Source: Gammaproteobacteria bacterium (GTDB taxonomy: Bacteria; Pseudomonadota; Gammaproteobacteria; CAJXQU01). From it: a DNA stretch of 64,000 nt. This document shows positions 20,255 through 30,048 of this stretch, in pieces. The notes under the pieces are model-generated. The model did no database searches and had not been told where the DNA came from. It saw nothing but the letters and a program-made list of their open reading frames with translations. Made by a program: the position numbers and the translations under genes. How positions within the stretch are numbered: the stretch's first letter is position 1; each line of letters starts with the position of its first letter. Where the stretch lies: positions 128,001 through 192,000 of the forward strand of contig CBDEGZ010000003.1 of assembly GCA_965238175.1 (NCBI GenBank), read 5' to 3'.

Positions 20255-20380
20255 TCAGGCAATCAAATCATCACCTGATAAGTTCAAAGAAGGTTTGTTT
20301 TCTTTCAAACAATAAGCAATTAATCCGTCAATGAGGTTGAGCATAAAGCCATGTACAGAGCGGTCTCTGGAGTGCTCTAT
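20255..20380 (-). pseudogene. IS982-family transposase C-terminal remnant
   Basis: Minus strand reads IEHSRDRSVHGFMLNLIDGLIAYCLKENKPSLNL, matching the IS982 IEHSRHRS...GLxAY...KKPSL tail. Confidence 0.7.
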
Positions 20381-20561
20381 TGCTTTTAAGCGGATAAAAC
20401 CACTCATAGGAGAGCTGTTGTATGTTTAAATATTTATACAATTTCGTGAGGTTTACTCAGGGGCTAACTTGATTCAGCCATTGTAGATTTTACACTAGAA
20501 ATTGGGTGTTCCAGTTTTTGAAATTTACCTACATTACAAATCGACTATGATAAAGTTAATT

Positions 20562-21787
20562 TGTAGAAGTTTAGACCCAATCTGACACATCACTAAATCA
20601 AGCGGAGCGTAGCGACGCTTGATTTAGTGAGAGTTACCCGCTTTGATGTAACTGCAACGTAAACATCAAAACACAAAGAGGTAACTCTCATGATTCATAC
20701 TAATGACAAAGTTATAAAACATAAAGTTGGTCTACTCAATCTCGCTGAAGAACTCGGCAATGTCTCAAAAGCCTGCAAGATGATGGGTTTGTCCAGAGAT
20801 ACATTTTATCGCTACAAAGAAGCGGCTGATGAAGGCGGTGTAGAAGCCTTGTTTGATCGTAATCGGCGTACCCCAAATCTTAAAAACAGAATCGACCCGG
20901 CTATTGAAACCGTTGTGCTCGAGTATGCACTGGAAGAGCCCGCACATGGTCAAACGCGCACCAGTAACGAGCTGCGCAAACGGGGAACATTTGTCTCACC
21001 CAGTGGCGTTCGTTGTATCTGGCTTCGTCATGGTCTTGCTTGCTTTAAAGATCGCCTGAAGGCATTGTCTGATAAGGTAGCTGGTGAAGGCTTGATCCTC
21101 ACTGAGTCTCAAGTCGCGGCGATGGAACGCAAGAAAGACGACGATGAGGCTTGTGGCGAGATAGAGACGGCACACCCTGGTTATCTTGGCTCGCAAGATA
21201 CTTACTATGTCGGTACTTTCAAAGGCATTGGTCGGGTTTATCAACAAACGTTTGTTGATACTTACAGCAAGGTCGCTCACGCGAAACTGTACCCGACTAA
21301 AACACCGATTACGGCAGCTGACATGCTCAATGACCGCGTCCTCCCATTCTACGAAGAACAACGTTTGCCTATGTTGCGCATTTTGACAGATAGAGGGACG
21401 GAGTATTGTGGGCGAGCTGACCAGCATGATTATCAGCTTTATATGGCGTTGAACAATATCGAACACACCAAAACCAAGGTCAAATCACCTCAGACGAATG
21501 GTATTTGTGAGCGATTCCATAAGACGATCCTCAATGAGTTTTATCAAGTCGCTTTGCGTAAGAAAATTTACCAATCGATTGATGAACTGCAACTCGACCT
21601 TGACGAATGGTTGCTCAAATACAATACTCAACGAACTCACCAAGGCAAAATGTGCTGCGGGAGGACGCCGATGGAAACACTCATCGACGGACAAGCTATC
21701 TGGAAGGAAAAGTTTGTGAACTAAACTTAACCTGACAGTCAGTTACAGAAAAAGGGGTAACTGTCAGATCAAGTCTGAATTTCTACA
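20562..21787 (+). mobile_element. IS481-family insertion sequence, copy 2 (1226 bp) with 7-bp target duplication
   Basis: TGTAGAA...TTCTACA ends, flanked by GTTAATT at 20555-20561 and 21788-21794. Confidence 0.95.
20690..21724 (+). CDS. IS481-family DDE transposase
   Basis: Same protein as 424-1458 except one Q/E substitution (YEQQ vs YEEQ). Confidence 0.95.
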   Translation: MIHTNDKVIKHKVGLLNLAEELGNVSKACKMMGLSRDTFYRYKEAADEGGVEALFDRNRRTPNLKNRIDPAIETVVLEYALEEPAHGQTRTSNELRKRGTFVSPSGVRCIWLRHGLACFKDRLKALSDKVAGEGLILTESQVAAMERKKDDDEACGEIETAHPGYLGSQDTYYVGTFKGIGRVYQQTFVDTYSKVAHAKLYPTKTPITAADMLNDRVLPFYEEQRLPMLRILTDRGTEYCGRADQHDYQLYMALNNIEHTKTKVKSPQTNGICERFHKTILNEFYQVALRKKIYQSIDELQLDLDEWLLKYNTQRTHQGKMCCGRTPMETLIDGQAIWKEKFVN

Positions 21788-21855
21788 GTTAATTTGTAAT
21801 GCAGGTTGTTGTAGTACTCTTGTTCTGCTTTTACAGCATTATTACTGCTACTTTT

Positions 21856-23862
21856 TTAAATAATGAAACGCTTCATCATTTGTTCCATAGCTTCGGCTTC
21901 CTGAGAAAGCTGTTCAGCTGCCGATGCGCCCTCCAAGGATGCGCTAACGGTTGATTGTATAATTTCACCAATATTTGCAACACCGTTATTTATTTCTTCA
22001 ACACCTTGAGCTTGTGCTCCACTCGCATCAGCAATTTGTTTAACCAAATCTGAAGTTTTGTGAATGCTGGTGAAAATTTCTTTTAGTCCTTCTGCCGTTT
22101 TGTCAGCAATAGCATTACCATTTCGGGTTTTCTCAGCAGACAGCTTGATGAGTTTGTTTGTTTCTTCAGCAGCAGCTGTACTTCGTGCTGCTAATACTCG
22201 CACTTCATCCGCAACAACCGCAAAACCACGTCCCTGTTCGCCTGCTCGAGCTGCTTCGATTGCAGCATTAAGCGCCAATAAGTTAGTCTGAGCTGCAATT
22301 TCATCAATCGTACTAATAAACACCGAAATACTCTGCCCTGCTTCCTGGATTTCTTCCATTGCCCGCATCATCTCATTCATACGTTCTTGACCAGATGTTG
22401 CTGCGTTTTGTGCGGTACTCACCAAGATATTTGCTTCATTCGCACTTTGTGCATTTTCCGACGTTTGTGACGATAGGTTGCTGAGCGATATAGATATCGA
22501 CTCAATATTTGCAGCTTGTTGGTTTGCTCCAGCTGATAATGAATTACTAGTATTAAAAAGTTGAGTGCTGCCACCAGCAATTTGCTTACCGGAATTTTGA
22601 ACTCGACCAAGAACATCATTTAAGTTCTCATTCATTGTCGCAAGTGCTTTTCCTAATACATCGTGTTCTGAAGCAAGTAAAACGTTCTGGGACAAATCAC
22701 CATCTGCAATTTGTTGCGCAAGAACAGCTTTTTCTTTGAGGTTATTTACCATTACACGCATTGTTGCGTATAAACTAGAACTTGATTCTCCTCGCTCTGG
22801 CATTTCAACAAAAAGATCGCCTTCTGACACAAATTTTGCAATCTTGGCTACTTCTGAAGGATCGCCTCCCATTTGTTCAATTGTTGAACGAGTAATGAAG
22901 TAAGCTATAAACACACCAAATACCATCGCAATGATCACACATAAACCTATAATAATAGTTGCTTGAGCATTACTGTTTTGCAAGGTAGGGCCTAGTTCAT
23001 CCTGAATCCCCTTGATTTCGAGCTTAATAGATTCAATGTCTTTGGCAATCATTGGACCCAAACGATCAAGCTTAGTAGTTTTAATCTCATTACGTGTATT
23101 GATCGCATCAACAACGTTTTCAAAGGCTTTTGCATACACCTTTTTATCTTCAATAACACTTGCAAGCAAAGCTCGGCGTTGCGGATTCTGCAACGATTTA
23201 TCGAGGACTTCCAAATGTTTATCCATTTCTTTAAACTCTGTTCGTACTCGATCAACAGCTGCTTGTTTATTTGAATCGAGGAATTTTCCTGAATAGAGAC
23301 GCGCTAACAATAAACTTCTTGTCGTTATAGCTGCTTCGTAGGCTGCCTCCATATCTTCGTCTTCTTTTGCAGATATCAGGATCTTAGTCAGATTTTTTTC
23401 TATCGCCGGACCTTTTTTATTGAGTACTTCATTAACAAGTTTGTTACGAGTTGCAATCAGTTCGACAACTTGTTCAAAGCTGAATTTATATTCTCCTAGA
23501 AATTCATCGACTTTGTCTATCACCTTAGCTCGTTTCGGATCGTTAATTTGTTCATGTGCATCAACCATGAATTTATTGGTTTTTCCCCAATATTCTTCAA
23601 ATTCCGCTTTGTCCTTGTCACTTGCGGTTAAGATATAGTCCTTTACATTCATTCGTACCATGAGCATATTCGCTTGCACTCGGCCAGAAAGATTGGTTTC
23701 TCTAGCCATCTCACGATAGGAGGAGAATCCGTCAGAAGCTCCTTGGATTGCCTGGTAAGCGATAATACCCGTCAATAGAAGTAATCCTAATACTACTGAA
23801 AAGGCTGTATATAGTTTTTTTTTCAAACTCAGATTTGAAAACATGGTTAAATTCGTATCCAT
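21856..23862 (-). CDS. Methyl-accepting chemotaxis protein
   Basis: Two TM segments, helical periplasmic domain and [34 protein letters not shown]. Confidence 0.95.
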   Translation of the reverse strand: MDTNLTMFSNLSLKKKLYTAFSVVLGLLLLTGIIAYQAIQGASDGFSSYREMARETNLSGRVQANMLMVRMNVKDYILTASDKDKAEFEEYWGKTNKFMVDAHEQINDPKRAKVIDKVDEFLGEYKFSFEQVVELIATRNKLVNEVLNKKGPAIEKNLTKILISAKEDEDMEAAYEAAITTRSLLLARLYSGKFLDSNKQAAVDRVRTEFKEMDKHLEVLDKSLQNPQRRALLASVIEDKKVYAKAFENVVDAINTRNEIKTTKLDRLGPMIAKDIESIKLEIKGIQDELGPTLQNSNAQATIIIGLCVIIAMVFGVFIAYFITRSTIEQMGGDPSEVAKIAKFVSEGDLFVEMPERGESSSSLYATMRVMVNNLKEKAVLAQQIADGDLSQNVLLASEHDVLGKALATMNENLNDVLGRVQNSGKQIAGGSTQLFNTSNSLSAGANQQAANIESISISLSNLSSQTSENAQSANEANILVSTAQNAATSGQERMNEMMRAMEEIQEAGQSISVFISTIDEIAAQTNLLALNAAIEAARAGEQGRGFAVVADEVRVLAARSTAAAEETNKLIKLSAEKTRNGNAIADKTAEGLKEIFTSIHKTSDLVKQIADASGAQAQGVEEINNGVANIGEIIQSTVSASLEGASAAEQLSQEAEAMEQMMKRFII

Positions 23863-24194
23863 TACATTTCTCTTAAAAAATTTAGCTAACGGCTTTTCAC
23901 ATTAAATTGTGTACTTCAGATATAACGACCGATCTAAACAGTTCTGAAATTTAATTTCTTAACTAGAGAGATGTCAGATTGCTGAGATCCAATATTGATA
24001 TTTTTTTAACTTTTCTGTGAATCTAAAAAAATACAGGATATGCTGAGTAGCAAACAGGCAGAGGTTTGGGAACTGTTAGGCTAGAAAAACAAAATGGAAG
24101 AATGAATCATGTAAAGATCAAAACTACTTTGATCCTCATATTAAGGCAGATAACTCGACTAACTATGATTGAAGAGAACCTCGGAGCCTCTTTG

Positions 24195-25229
24195 TTATTT
24201 ATTACTTGTCGCAGCAAATTCAAATGCGTCAGAAAAAAGCCTTTCTTGTTGCAGCCCATACTCGCTAAATGATTTATGGATCGATTCGACCATAATTGGA
24301 GGCCCACTAGCATAGACGTCCATTTCTGAGAAATCCGTAATATCTTCGAGAATCGCATCATGAACAAAACCGGTTTTTCCCTGCCAATCGTCATCTAATG
24401 GGTCTGATAAGACTGGAAAATATTCTATATGATCATGTTTTTCTGCCCAGTGACTGGCAAGTTCATCTAAATACAGATCTCGTTTTGATCTGACACCCCA
24501 GTAAAGTGAAACGGGTCTCTGGTCTCCTTTCGCGATCATATGTTCTATGATTCCTTTTATTGGGGCAAAACCGGTTCCACCAGCAACAAAAATAATCGGT
24601 CGGTTACTATCTTCTCTTAAAAAGAAATTACCGTAAGGACCTTTGATACGAAGTAATGTTTTTTCTTTCATTTCATTAAAGACAATTTCAGAAAAAATAC
24701 CACCATCATAATATCGAACCTGGAGTTCTAAATACTCATCATCATGCGGAGCATTAGCAAGTGAGAAAGAGCGTTCTTTCCCATCCTTCATGAGAATATC
24801 GATATATTGGCCGGCTAGAAACTGTAATCTTTCAGTAGAAGGCAACTTTAACCAAAGCCCCATAACATCATGTGAAAGCTGTTCTAATTTCATTACCCTA
24901 GAAGGTAATGCTTTAATTGTAATTTCCTTTGTTTCAGTGATTTCTGAAGCTCTTAATACCAGATCTGTTTTAGCTCTGGCCTGACAACATAAAATCCAGC
25001 CCTGCTCGGTTTCTGTTTCAGTCAACGCTTCTGGCGTAGTTTTCCCATATTCGATTTTACCTTCAATCAAACGTGTTTTACATGCACCACAACTACCTCC
25101 TCTACATCCATAGGGGAGCTGAATTCCTTCTCTTAGGGCAGCATCCAGAATTGCCTCGTCAGTCGAGCAATTAAATTCTGTATCACTGGGGGTTAATACA
25201 ATCTTTCGTAAATCTTTATCTTTGGTCAT
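24195..25229 (-). CDS. 2Fe-2S ferredoxin / FAD-NAD oxidoreductase (CDP-6-deoxy-delta-3,4-glucoseen reductase family)
   Basis: CRGGSCGAC...CC, RSFSLAN, AGGTGFAP and SGPP. Confidence 0.88.
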   Translation of the reverse strand: MTKDKDLRKIVLTPSDTEFNCSTDEAILDAALREGIQLPYGCRGGSCGACKTRLIEGKIEYGKTTPEALTETETEQGWILCCQARAKTDLVLRASEITETKEITIKALPSRVMKLEQLSHDVMGLWLKLPSTERLQFLAGQYIDILMKDGKERSFSLANAPHDDEYLELQVRYYDGGIFSEIVFNEMKEKTLLRIKGPYGNFFLREDSNRPIIFVAGGTGFAPIKGIIEHMIAKGDQRPVSLYWGVRSKRDLYLDELASHWAEKHDHIEYFPVLSDPLDDDWQGKTGFVHDAILEDITDFSEMDVYASGPPIMVESIHKSFSEYGLQQERLFSDAFEFAATSNK

Positions 25230-25271
25230 TATTTACTCATGTGATTTTTCTGATCTCGTTTAATCCGAATT

Positions 25272-25925
25272 TTAAGGTCGACTTCTAGCACTACCCAACC
25301 AGCGAAGTAAAGGTTTCCACTGCTGCCTATCAGTTTCTGTGGTTGAAGGAGCAAGCTCAAATATTGATAGACCTTGCTCCGCAGCACGTATGTAATTTTG
25401 ACTAGCTCTGAGTACTGTCACAAAAGGAAACTTTTTTCCATCCGGTAATTTTTGTTTGGAAAGATAATCAGAAAGATCGTATCCAGCAATAGTTTTTTCA
25501 CGTACACGATTTGCAACTGTTGCTAATTTCACATCCGCCTTGACCACTTTATTAGCCCGTTTCAGATCTTCTATAAAACGTGTTGCAGCTCGCACATCTA
25601 ATGGTGAAGGCAAAATTGGTATGACGATAGTTTCTGTTCTTCTCAAAAGATCAGTTAATTGTTTACCATGGATCCCAACAGGTGCATCCATGATTAGAAC
25701 GTCTGTGTTCTTATTTGCGCGGAATTTCTCTTTACATGCCGCAACACCCTGTATTTCTGGCAGTTGATCAGATCTCACTGCCAGCCAGTCTATACTTGAT
25801 AATTGCGGATCATAATCTGCCAGCAACACAGATTTACCTTGTGTAGCATAAAAGCCAGCCAAATTTGTAGCTAATGTTGTTTTACCACAACCGCCTTTCG
25901 GATTCATGACCAAAATAGATCGCAT
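25272..25925 (-). CDS. Short ParA/MinD family ATPase
   Basis: NPKGGCGKTT deviant Walker A, DYDPQ and MDAP. Confidence 0.88.
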   Translation of the reverse strand: MRSILVMNPKGGCGKTTLATNLAGFYATQGKSVLLADYDPQLSSIDWLAVRSDQLPEIQGVAACKEKFRANKNTDVLIMDAPVGIHGKQLTDLLRRTETIVIPILPSPLDVRAATRFIEDLKRANKVVKADVKLATVANRVREKTIAGYDLSDYLSKQKLPDGKKFPFVTVLRASQNYIRAAEQGLSIFELAPSTTETDRQQWKPLLRWLGSARSRP

Positions 25926-25988
25926 CGTTAAATTCGCTCCTGTTTTTCTTATTATTTTGCAGTATACCGTGTTCGCTTTGTTAAAAAA

Positions 25989-26867
25989 CTATCGAGTTCC
26001 TCGCCGTTCTAACATCAACTTTTCTGCTATTGGTGTGAAGATTAACTCCATTGCTAACGTTTTTTTACCGGCAGGGACAACAATCGTATCGGGTGTTGAC
26101 ATGAAAGACCCATCAAGCATATTCAATAAATAAGGAAAATCCACATCTAGCTTTTTATGGTTTCGTACATGAACAACCGAAAAACTTTGATCGTTGGAAG
26201 GCACTTCTCGTTCCGCAAAAGGATCAGAAGTATCGACCGTAGGGACACGTTGAAAATTAATATCTGTTCTTGAAAATTGCGGGACAATATAGTGAACATA
26301 ATCGTGCATACGACCAAGTATAGCCTGAGTCGCAGCTTCAACCGAGTGCCCACGCTCTACTCGGTCGCGCTGAATTTTTTGGATCCACTCAAGATTTATG
26401 ATCGGCACAACACCAACCAGAAGATCCACATATTTAGCGACATTGACTTTGTCCGATATCAACCCTCCGTGAAGCCCTTCGTAGAAAAGTACATCAGAAT
26501 CCTTCGGCAAGGGTTCCCAATCCGAAATTGAACCTGGTGGCAATTTGTGAAGGAAGGCTTCTTCTTCATTATGTACATACCAACGACGTCGGCCGCTACC
26601 CTTTTCTGAATATTCGCGAAAAACCGCTTCTAATTCCTCAAACAAATTTCCTTCAGGGCCAAAATGGGTAATTGTTTTTCCTTCTTCCTTAGCCGCTAAA
26701 ACCATTGATTGCATTTCAGAGCGATCATAGCGATGAAAACTATCACCTTCGATAATCGCGGACTTCATTCCTTCTCGATAGCATATATGTTCAAATGCTA
26801 TCTTAACATTCGTTGTTCCAGCTCCAGAGGAACCAGTAACTGCAATAATCGGGTGCTCGTGAGACAT
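25989..26867 (-). CDS. prkB: Phosphoribulokinase (proteobacterial type)
   Basis: HPIIAVTGSSGAGTT, EGDSFHRY, FYEGLHG and NFQRVPTVDTS. Confidence 0.92.
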   Translation of the reverse strand: MSHEHPIIAVTGSSGAGTTNVKIAFEHICYREGMKSAIIEGDSFHRYDRSEMQSMVLAAKEEGKTITHFGPEGNLFEELEAVFREYSEKGSGRRRWYVHNEEEAFLHKLPPGSISDWEPLPKDSDVLFYEGLHGGLISDKVNVAKYVDLLVGVVPIINLEWIQKIQRDRVERGHSVEAATQAILGRMHDYVHYIVPQFSRTDINFQRVPTVDTSDPFAEREVPSNDQSFSVVHVRNHKKLDVDFPYLLNMLDGSFMSTPDTIVVPAGKKTLAMELIFTPIAEKLMLERRGTR

Positions 26868-26963
26868 ACCGGATCTCTCCTTCCTATACAGATGCGATAC
26901 GTTACCTCATGTATAATTGCTTCGCAAAATTTTAGAAAAATGATGAGCTAAGAAAATGAATTT

Positions 26964-28727
26964 TTGTGTTGTATCAAAACTATGAATGAAAGTGATCGAA
27001 AGTTATATCTACGCTTACTCCGATATGTAAAACCCTATTGGAAGCGTTTCGCTCTTTCCATACTTGGAATGGCCTTATTAGGTGCAATGGAGCCTGCTTT
27101 ACCCGCATTATTGAAACCCCTTCTTGATGGTAGTTTTGTTGATGAACCTGTTGGTGAAATATGGCTAATCCCAATTCTGCTTGTTTTGCTATTCCTGATC
27201 CGGGGTATTCTTATGTTTGCCAGCCAGATACTTTCTAAATGGGTCGCTCAACGTGTTGTGATGGATTTGAGAACGGACATCTTCAACAAATTACTTACCT
27301 TACCAACTTCTTTTTATAATGATAACTCCACAGGTTCATTAATCTCAAAAATCACCTTTGACACTGTTCAAGTTAGACAATCGACTACACGAGTTTTTGC
27401 TGTGCTAGTGAGGGACAGTTTAGCTGTCATCGGTTTAGTTCTGTATATGATCTATCTGAATTGGAAATTGAGTTTAATCGTGTTTTTGCTCGTTCCGATG
27501 ATTGGTTTCATTGTCAATATAGTTAGCAAACGTATGCGAACGATGAGCAGTTTGGTACAAGAATCGATGGGCGATATTACTCATGTTGCGCAAGAGGTCA
27601 TTGATTCACAAAAGGCTGTCAAAATTTACTCTGGCCAGGAATATGAAAAAAAACGCTTTACCAGAGCGATTAATAAAACCCGCCAATACAATATGAAAAT
27701 AGTTGTTACATCAGCGGCAAACAGCCCGATAATCCAATTTATTATGTCAATTGGACTGGCAATCGTTATTTATTATTCAACTTTTTTAGCACATAAAGGG
27801 CTGATGACCGCTGGTGAATTTGTTGCTTATTTTACCGCTATGATGATGTTGCTCGCTCCCATCAGAAGACTCGCCAAAGCGAATGAACCCTTACAAAACG
27901 GTTTGGCTGCAGCCACCAGTTTGTTTAATTTATTGGATGAAACCACAGAAACTGATCACGGCACGATGACGATTAATCGAGCCGAAGGTGCACTTCGCTT
28001 CGATCAAGTTTCAATGACCTACCAGTATGCAAAGACATCCGCCTTATCTAATATTTCCGTTGAGATCGCGCCAGGAGAGACTGTTGCGTTAGTCGGCGCA
28101 TCTGGGAGCGGTAAATCAACTTTCGCGAATTTGATCCCTCGCTTTTATTCAACCGAAAATGGAGCGATCTTTCTTGATGATCAAAATATAGAAACCATCA
28201 CTCTCGAGTCTCTGCGCCAGAACATTGCGCTAGTCAGCCAGGAAATTATGTTATTTAACGACACGATCAAAAATAATATTGCTTATGGTGCACTGCGGAA
28301 TATAACGGATGAAGAGATTACCAAAGCAGCAGCTTCAGCACATGCACTGGAATTTATCGAGAAATTACCCGATGGAATGGATACATTGATTGGTGAAAAA
28401 GGCGCGCGACTCTCTGGTGGACAACGCCAACGTCTTTCGATTGCACGTGCATTATTGAAAAATGCCCCCGTATTAATTCTTGATGAAGCAACTTCCGCAT
28501 TGGATACGGCTTCAGAAAAATACATTCAGGAAGCACTTGAACAACTACGAAAAGGACGTACTTGCATTATCATTGCTCACCGCCTATCCACCATAGAAAA
28601 TGCAGATCGAATCCTGGTGATGGAAGGGGGGCAGATTGTTGAATCTGGTACGCATATAGAGTTGATCAGAAAACAAGGCACTTACGCGCGATTACACCAG
28701 TTGAGATCTTCTGAAGAAATATCTTAG
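26964..28727 (+). CDS. msbA: Lipid A export ABC transporter MsbA
   Basis: TM domain plus NBD (GASGSGKS, LSGGQRQR, ILDEATSALD). The start is probably the ATG at 26982. Confidence 0.88.
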   Translation: MCCIKTMNESDRKLYLRLLRYVKPYWKRFALSILGMALLGAMEPALPALLKPLLDGSFVDEPVGEIWLIPILLVLLFLIRGILMFASQILSKWVAQRVVMDLRTDIFNKLLTLPTSFYNDNSTGSLISKITFDTVQVRQSTTRVFAVLVRDSLAVIGLVLYMIYLNWKLSLIVFLLVPMIGFIVNIVSKRMRTMSSLVQESMGDITHVAQEVIDSQKAVKIYSGQEYEKKRFTRAINKTRQYNMKIVVTSAANSPIIQFIMSIGLAIVIYYSTFLAHKGLMTAGEFVAYFTAMMMLLAPIRRLAKANEPLQNGLAAATSLFNLLDETTETDHGTMTINRAEGALRFDQVSMTYQYAKTSALSNISVEIAPGETVALVGASGSGKSTFANLIPRFYSTENGAIFLDDQNIETITLESLRQNIALVSQEIMLFNDTIKNNIAYGALRNITDEEITKAAASAHALEFIEKLPDGMDTLIGEKGARLSGGQRQRLSIARALLKNAPVLILDEATSALDTASEKYIQEALEQLRKGRTCIIIAHRLSTIENADRILVMEGGQIVESGTHIELIRKQGTYARLHQLRSSEEIS

Positions 28728-28747
28728 TATTCGAAAAATTTACCTAA

Positions 28748-29773
28748 CTACTCGCTCACCTGGTTACGACCACCATGTTTAGCTCTATAGAGAGCCTTAT
28801 CCGCAAAACCAATTAAACTTTCCTGATCATCATTAGTTTGCAATTCTGCAATACCTAACGAGAGCGTCAAGGGTGGTAACAGCTCTCCTTCAACTGCAAA
28901 TAGGTCAGTCTCCTCAACAGCCGCACGCAGACGCTCAGCAACTTGAGCTGCCTCTTGTATATCTGAACCGGGTAGCACGGCGAGGAATTCTTCCCCTCCA
29001 TAACGTGTGATCGTATCTTCAGGCCTCAAATGTTCGGTCAGTGACTGTGCAATAGAATTCAAGGCCCGATCACCAGCTAAATGTCCGTATGTATCATTAA
29101 AATTTTTAAAATGATCGATATCCATCATAATCATTGAAAGTGGTCTCCCATCTTCTTCGCTCTGACAACGATGAACAAGCCGTTCTAACATTTTGTTCAA
29201 CCAACGTCGATTATAAAACCCCGTCAGTGGATCAACGGTTGCATCATACTCAAACTCCTTCAACAAGTTCTGGATTTTATGCATCACAGAATTGCCAAAC
29301 CGTAAACGAAATGCCAAAGTACGTAGCAGGTTTTGAGAGGCAGCATGAGAGGTATCAACAATTTTCCAAAGCGTATCCTCATCTACTCTAAGTACACGCG
29401 TGTCTTGAGCCGCTATCACATATCCAGAAGTCGGCTGTTGATCAAGAATCGAAATCTCACCAACGCTTTCACCTTCGGCAAGAATAGTAATCGGTTGATC
29501 ATCTTCTTCTTGTAAAAATATTTTCAATGCACCTGTAAGCACTAGATACATGAAATCTTCAGCTTGACCGGCTTTGACCAAGGTCTCGCCTTGTGAGAGG
29601 GATAAAATGGAGCAATTTTCTAGTAGTGGCGAGATTGAGGAAAGATTAACACCATGAAAGAGTTTAATTCTAGATAGCTGTTCTTCAGTTGGCTTATTGC
29701 TACTTTGATTGATTAGCTCAGAGTCCATCTTCAAACTGTGTTCCATTTTAGTTCTTCCCGAATACCGTAGCAC
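28748..29773 (-). CDS. Diguanylate cyclase with cNMP-binding domain
   Basis: GESVGEISILD cNMP-binding motif, DPLTG and RPED...RYGGEEF. Confidence 0.9.
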   Translation of the reverse strand: MLRYSGRTKMEHSLKMDSELINQSSNKPTEEQLSRIKLFHGVNLSSISPLLENCSILSLSQGETLVKAGQAEDFMYLVLTGALKIFLQEEDDQPITILAEGESVGEISILDQQPTSGYVIAAQDTRVLRVDEDTLWKIVDTSHAASQNLLRTLAFRLRFGNSVMHKIQNLLKEFEYDATVDPLTGFYNRRWLNKMLERLVHRCQSEEDGRPLSMIMMDIDHFKNFNDTYGHLAGDRALNSIAQSLTEHLRPEDTITRYGGEEFLAVLPGSDIQEAAQVAERLRAAVEETDLFAVEGELLPPLTLSLGIAELQTNDDQESLIGFADKALYRAKHGGRNQVSE

Positions 29774-29911
29774 GATTCATATCTATATTAGGTTGATTTT
29801 TTCACCTCGTTCTCCCAAATGTTAGCACGGTCAAGTTATTGACACAAAAACTTTTATTTGCTTATGCCTGTCAGTGAACTATTCCTTGATTGTATCGAAG
29901 TCAGAGAAGAA

Positions 29912-30043
29912 CTAGCTACGTTCTTTATCGCAATTACAACTTCCGGATAATTTACCCTGTCGAAATTTGTTTATTTGACTAACAATGAATTTACCGACAA
30001 CAGCTACGACGATGAGCAGAGCTAGAACTGTTTGAAGATCCAT
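29912..30043 (-). CDS. FeoB-associated Cys-rich small membrane protein
   Basis: 43 aa, one TM plus GSCNC, directly after feoB. Confidence 0.7.
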   Translation of the reverse strand: MDLQTVLALLIVVAVVGKFIVSQINKFRQGKLSGSCNCDKERS

Positions 30044-30048
30044 CTTAA

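Noticed and set aside
296-21787. Composite transposon formed by the two IS481 copies
   Set aside because: Copy 2 has its own target duplication, the outer flanks do not match, and the enclosed genes are housekeeping.
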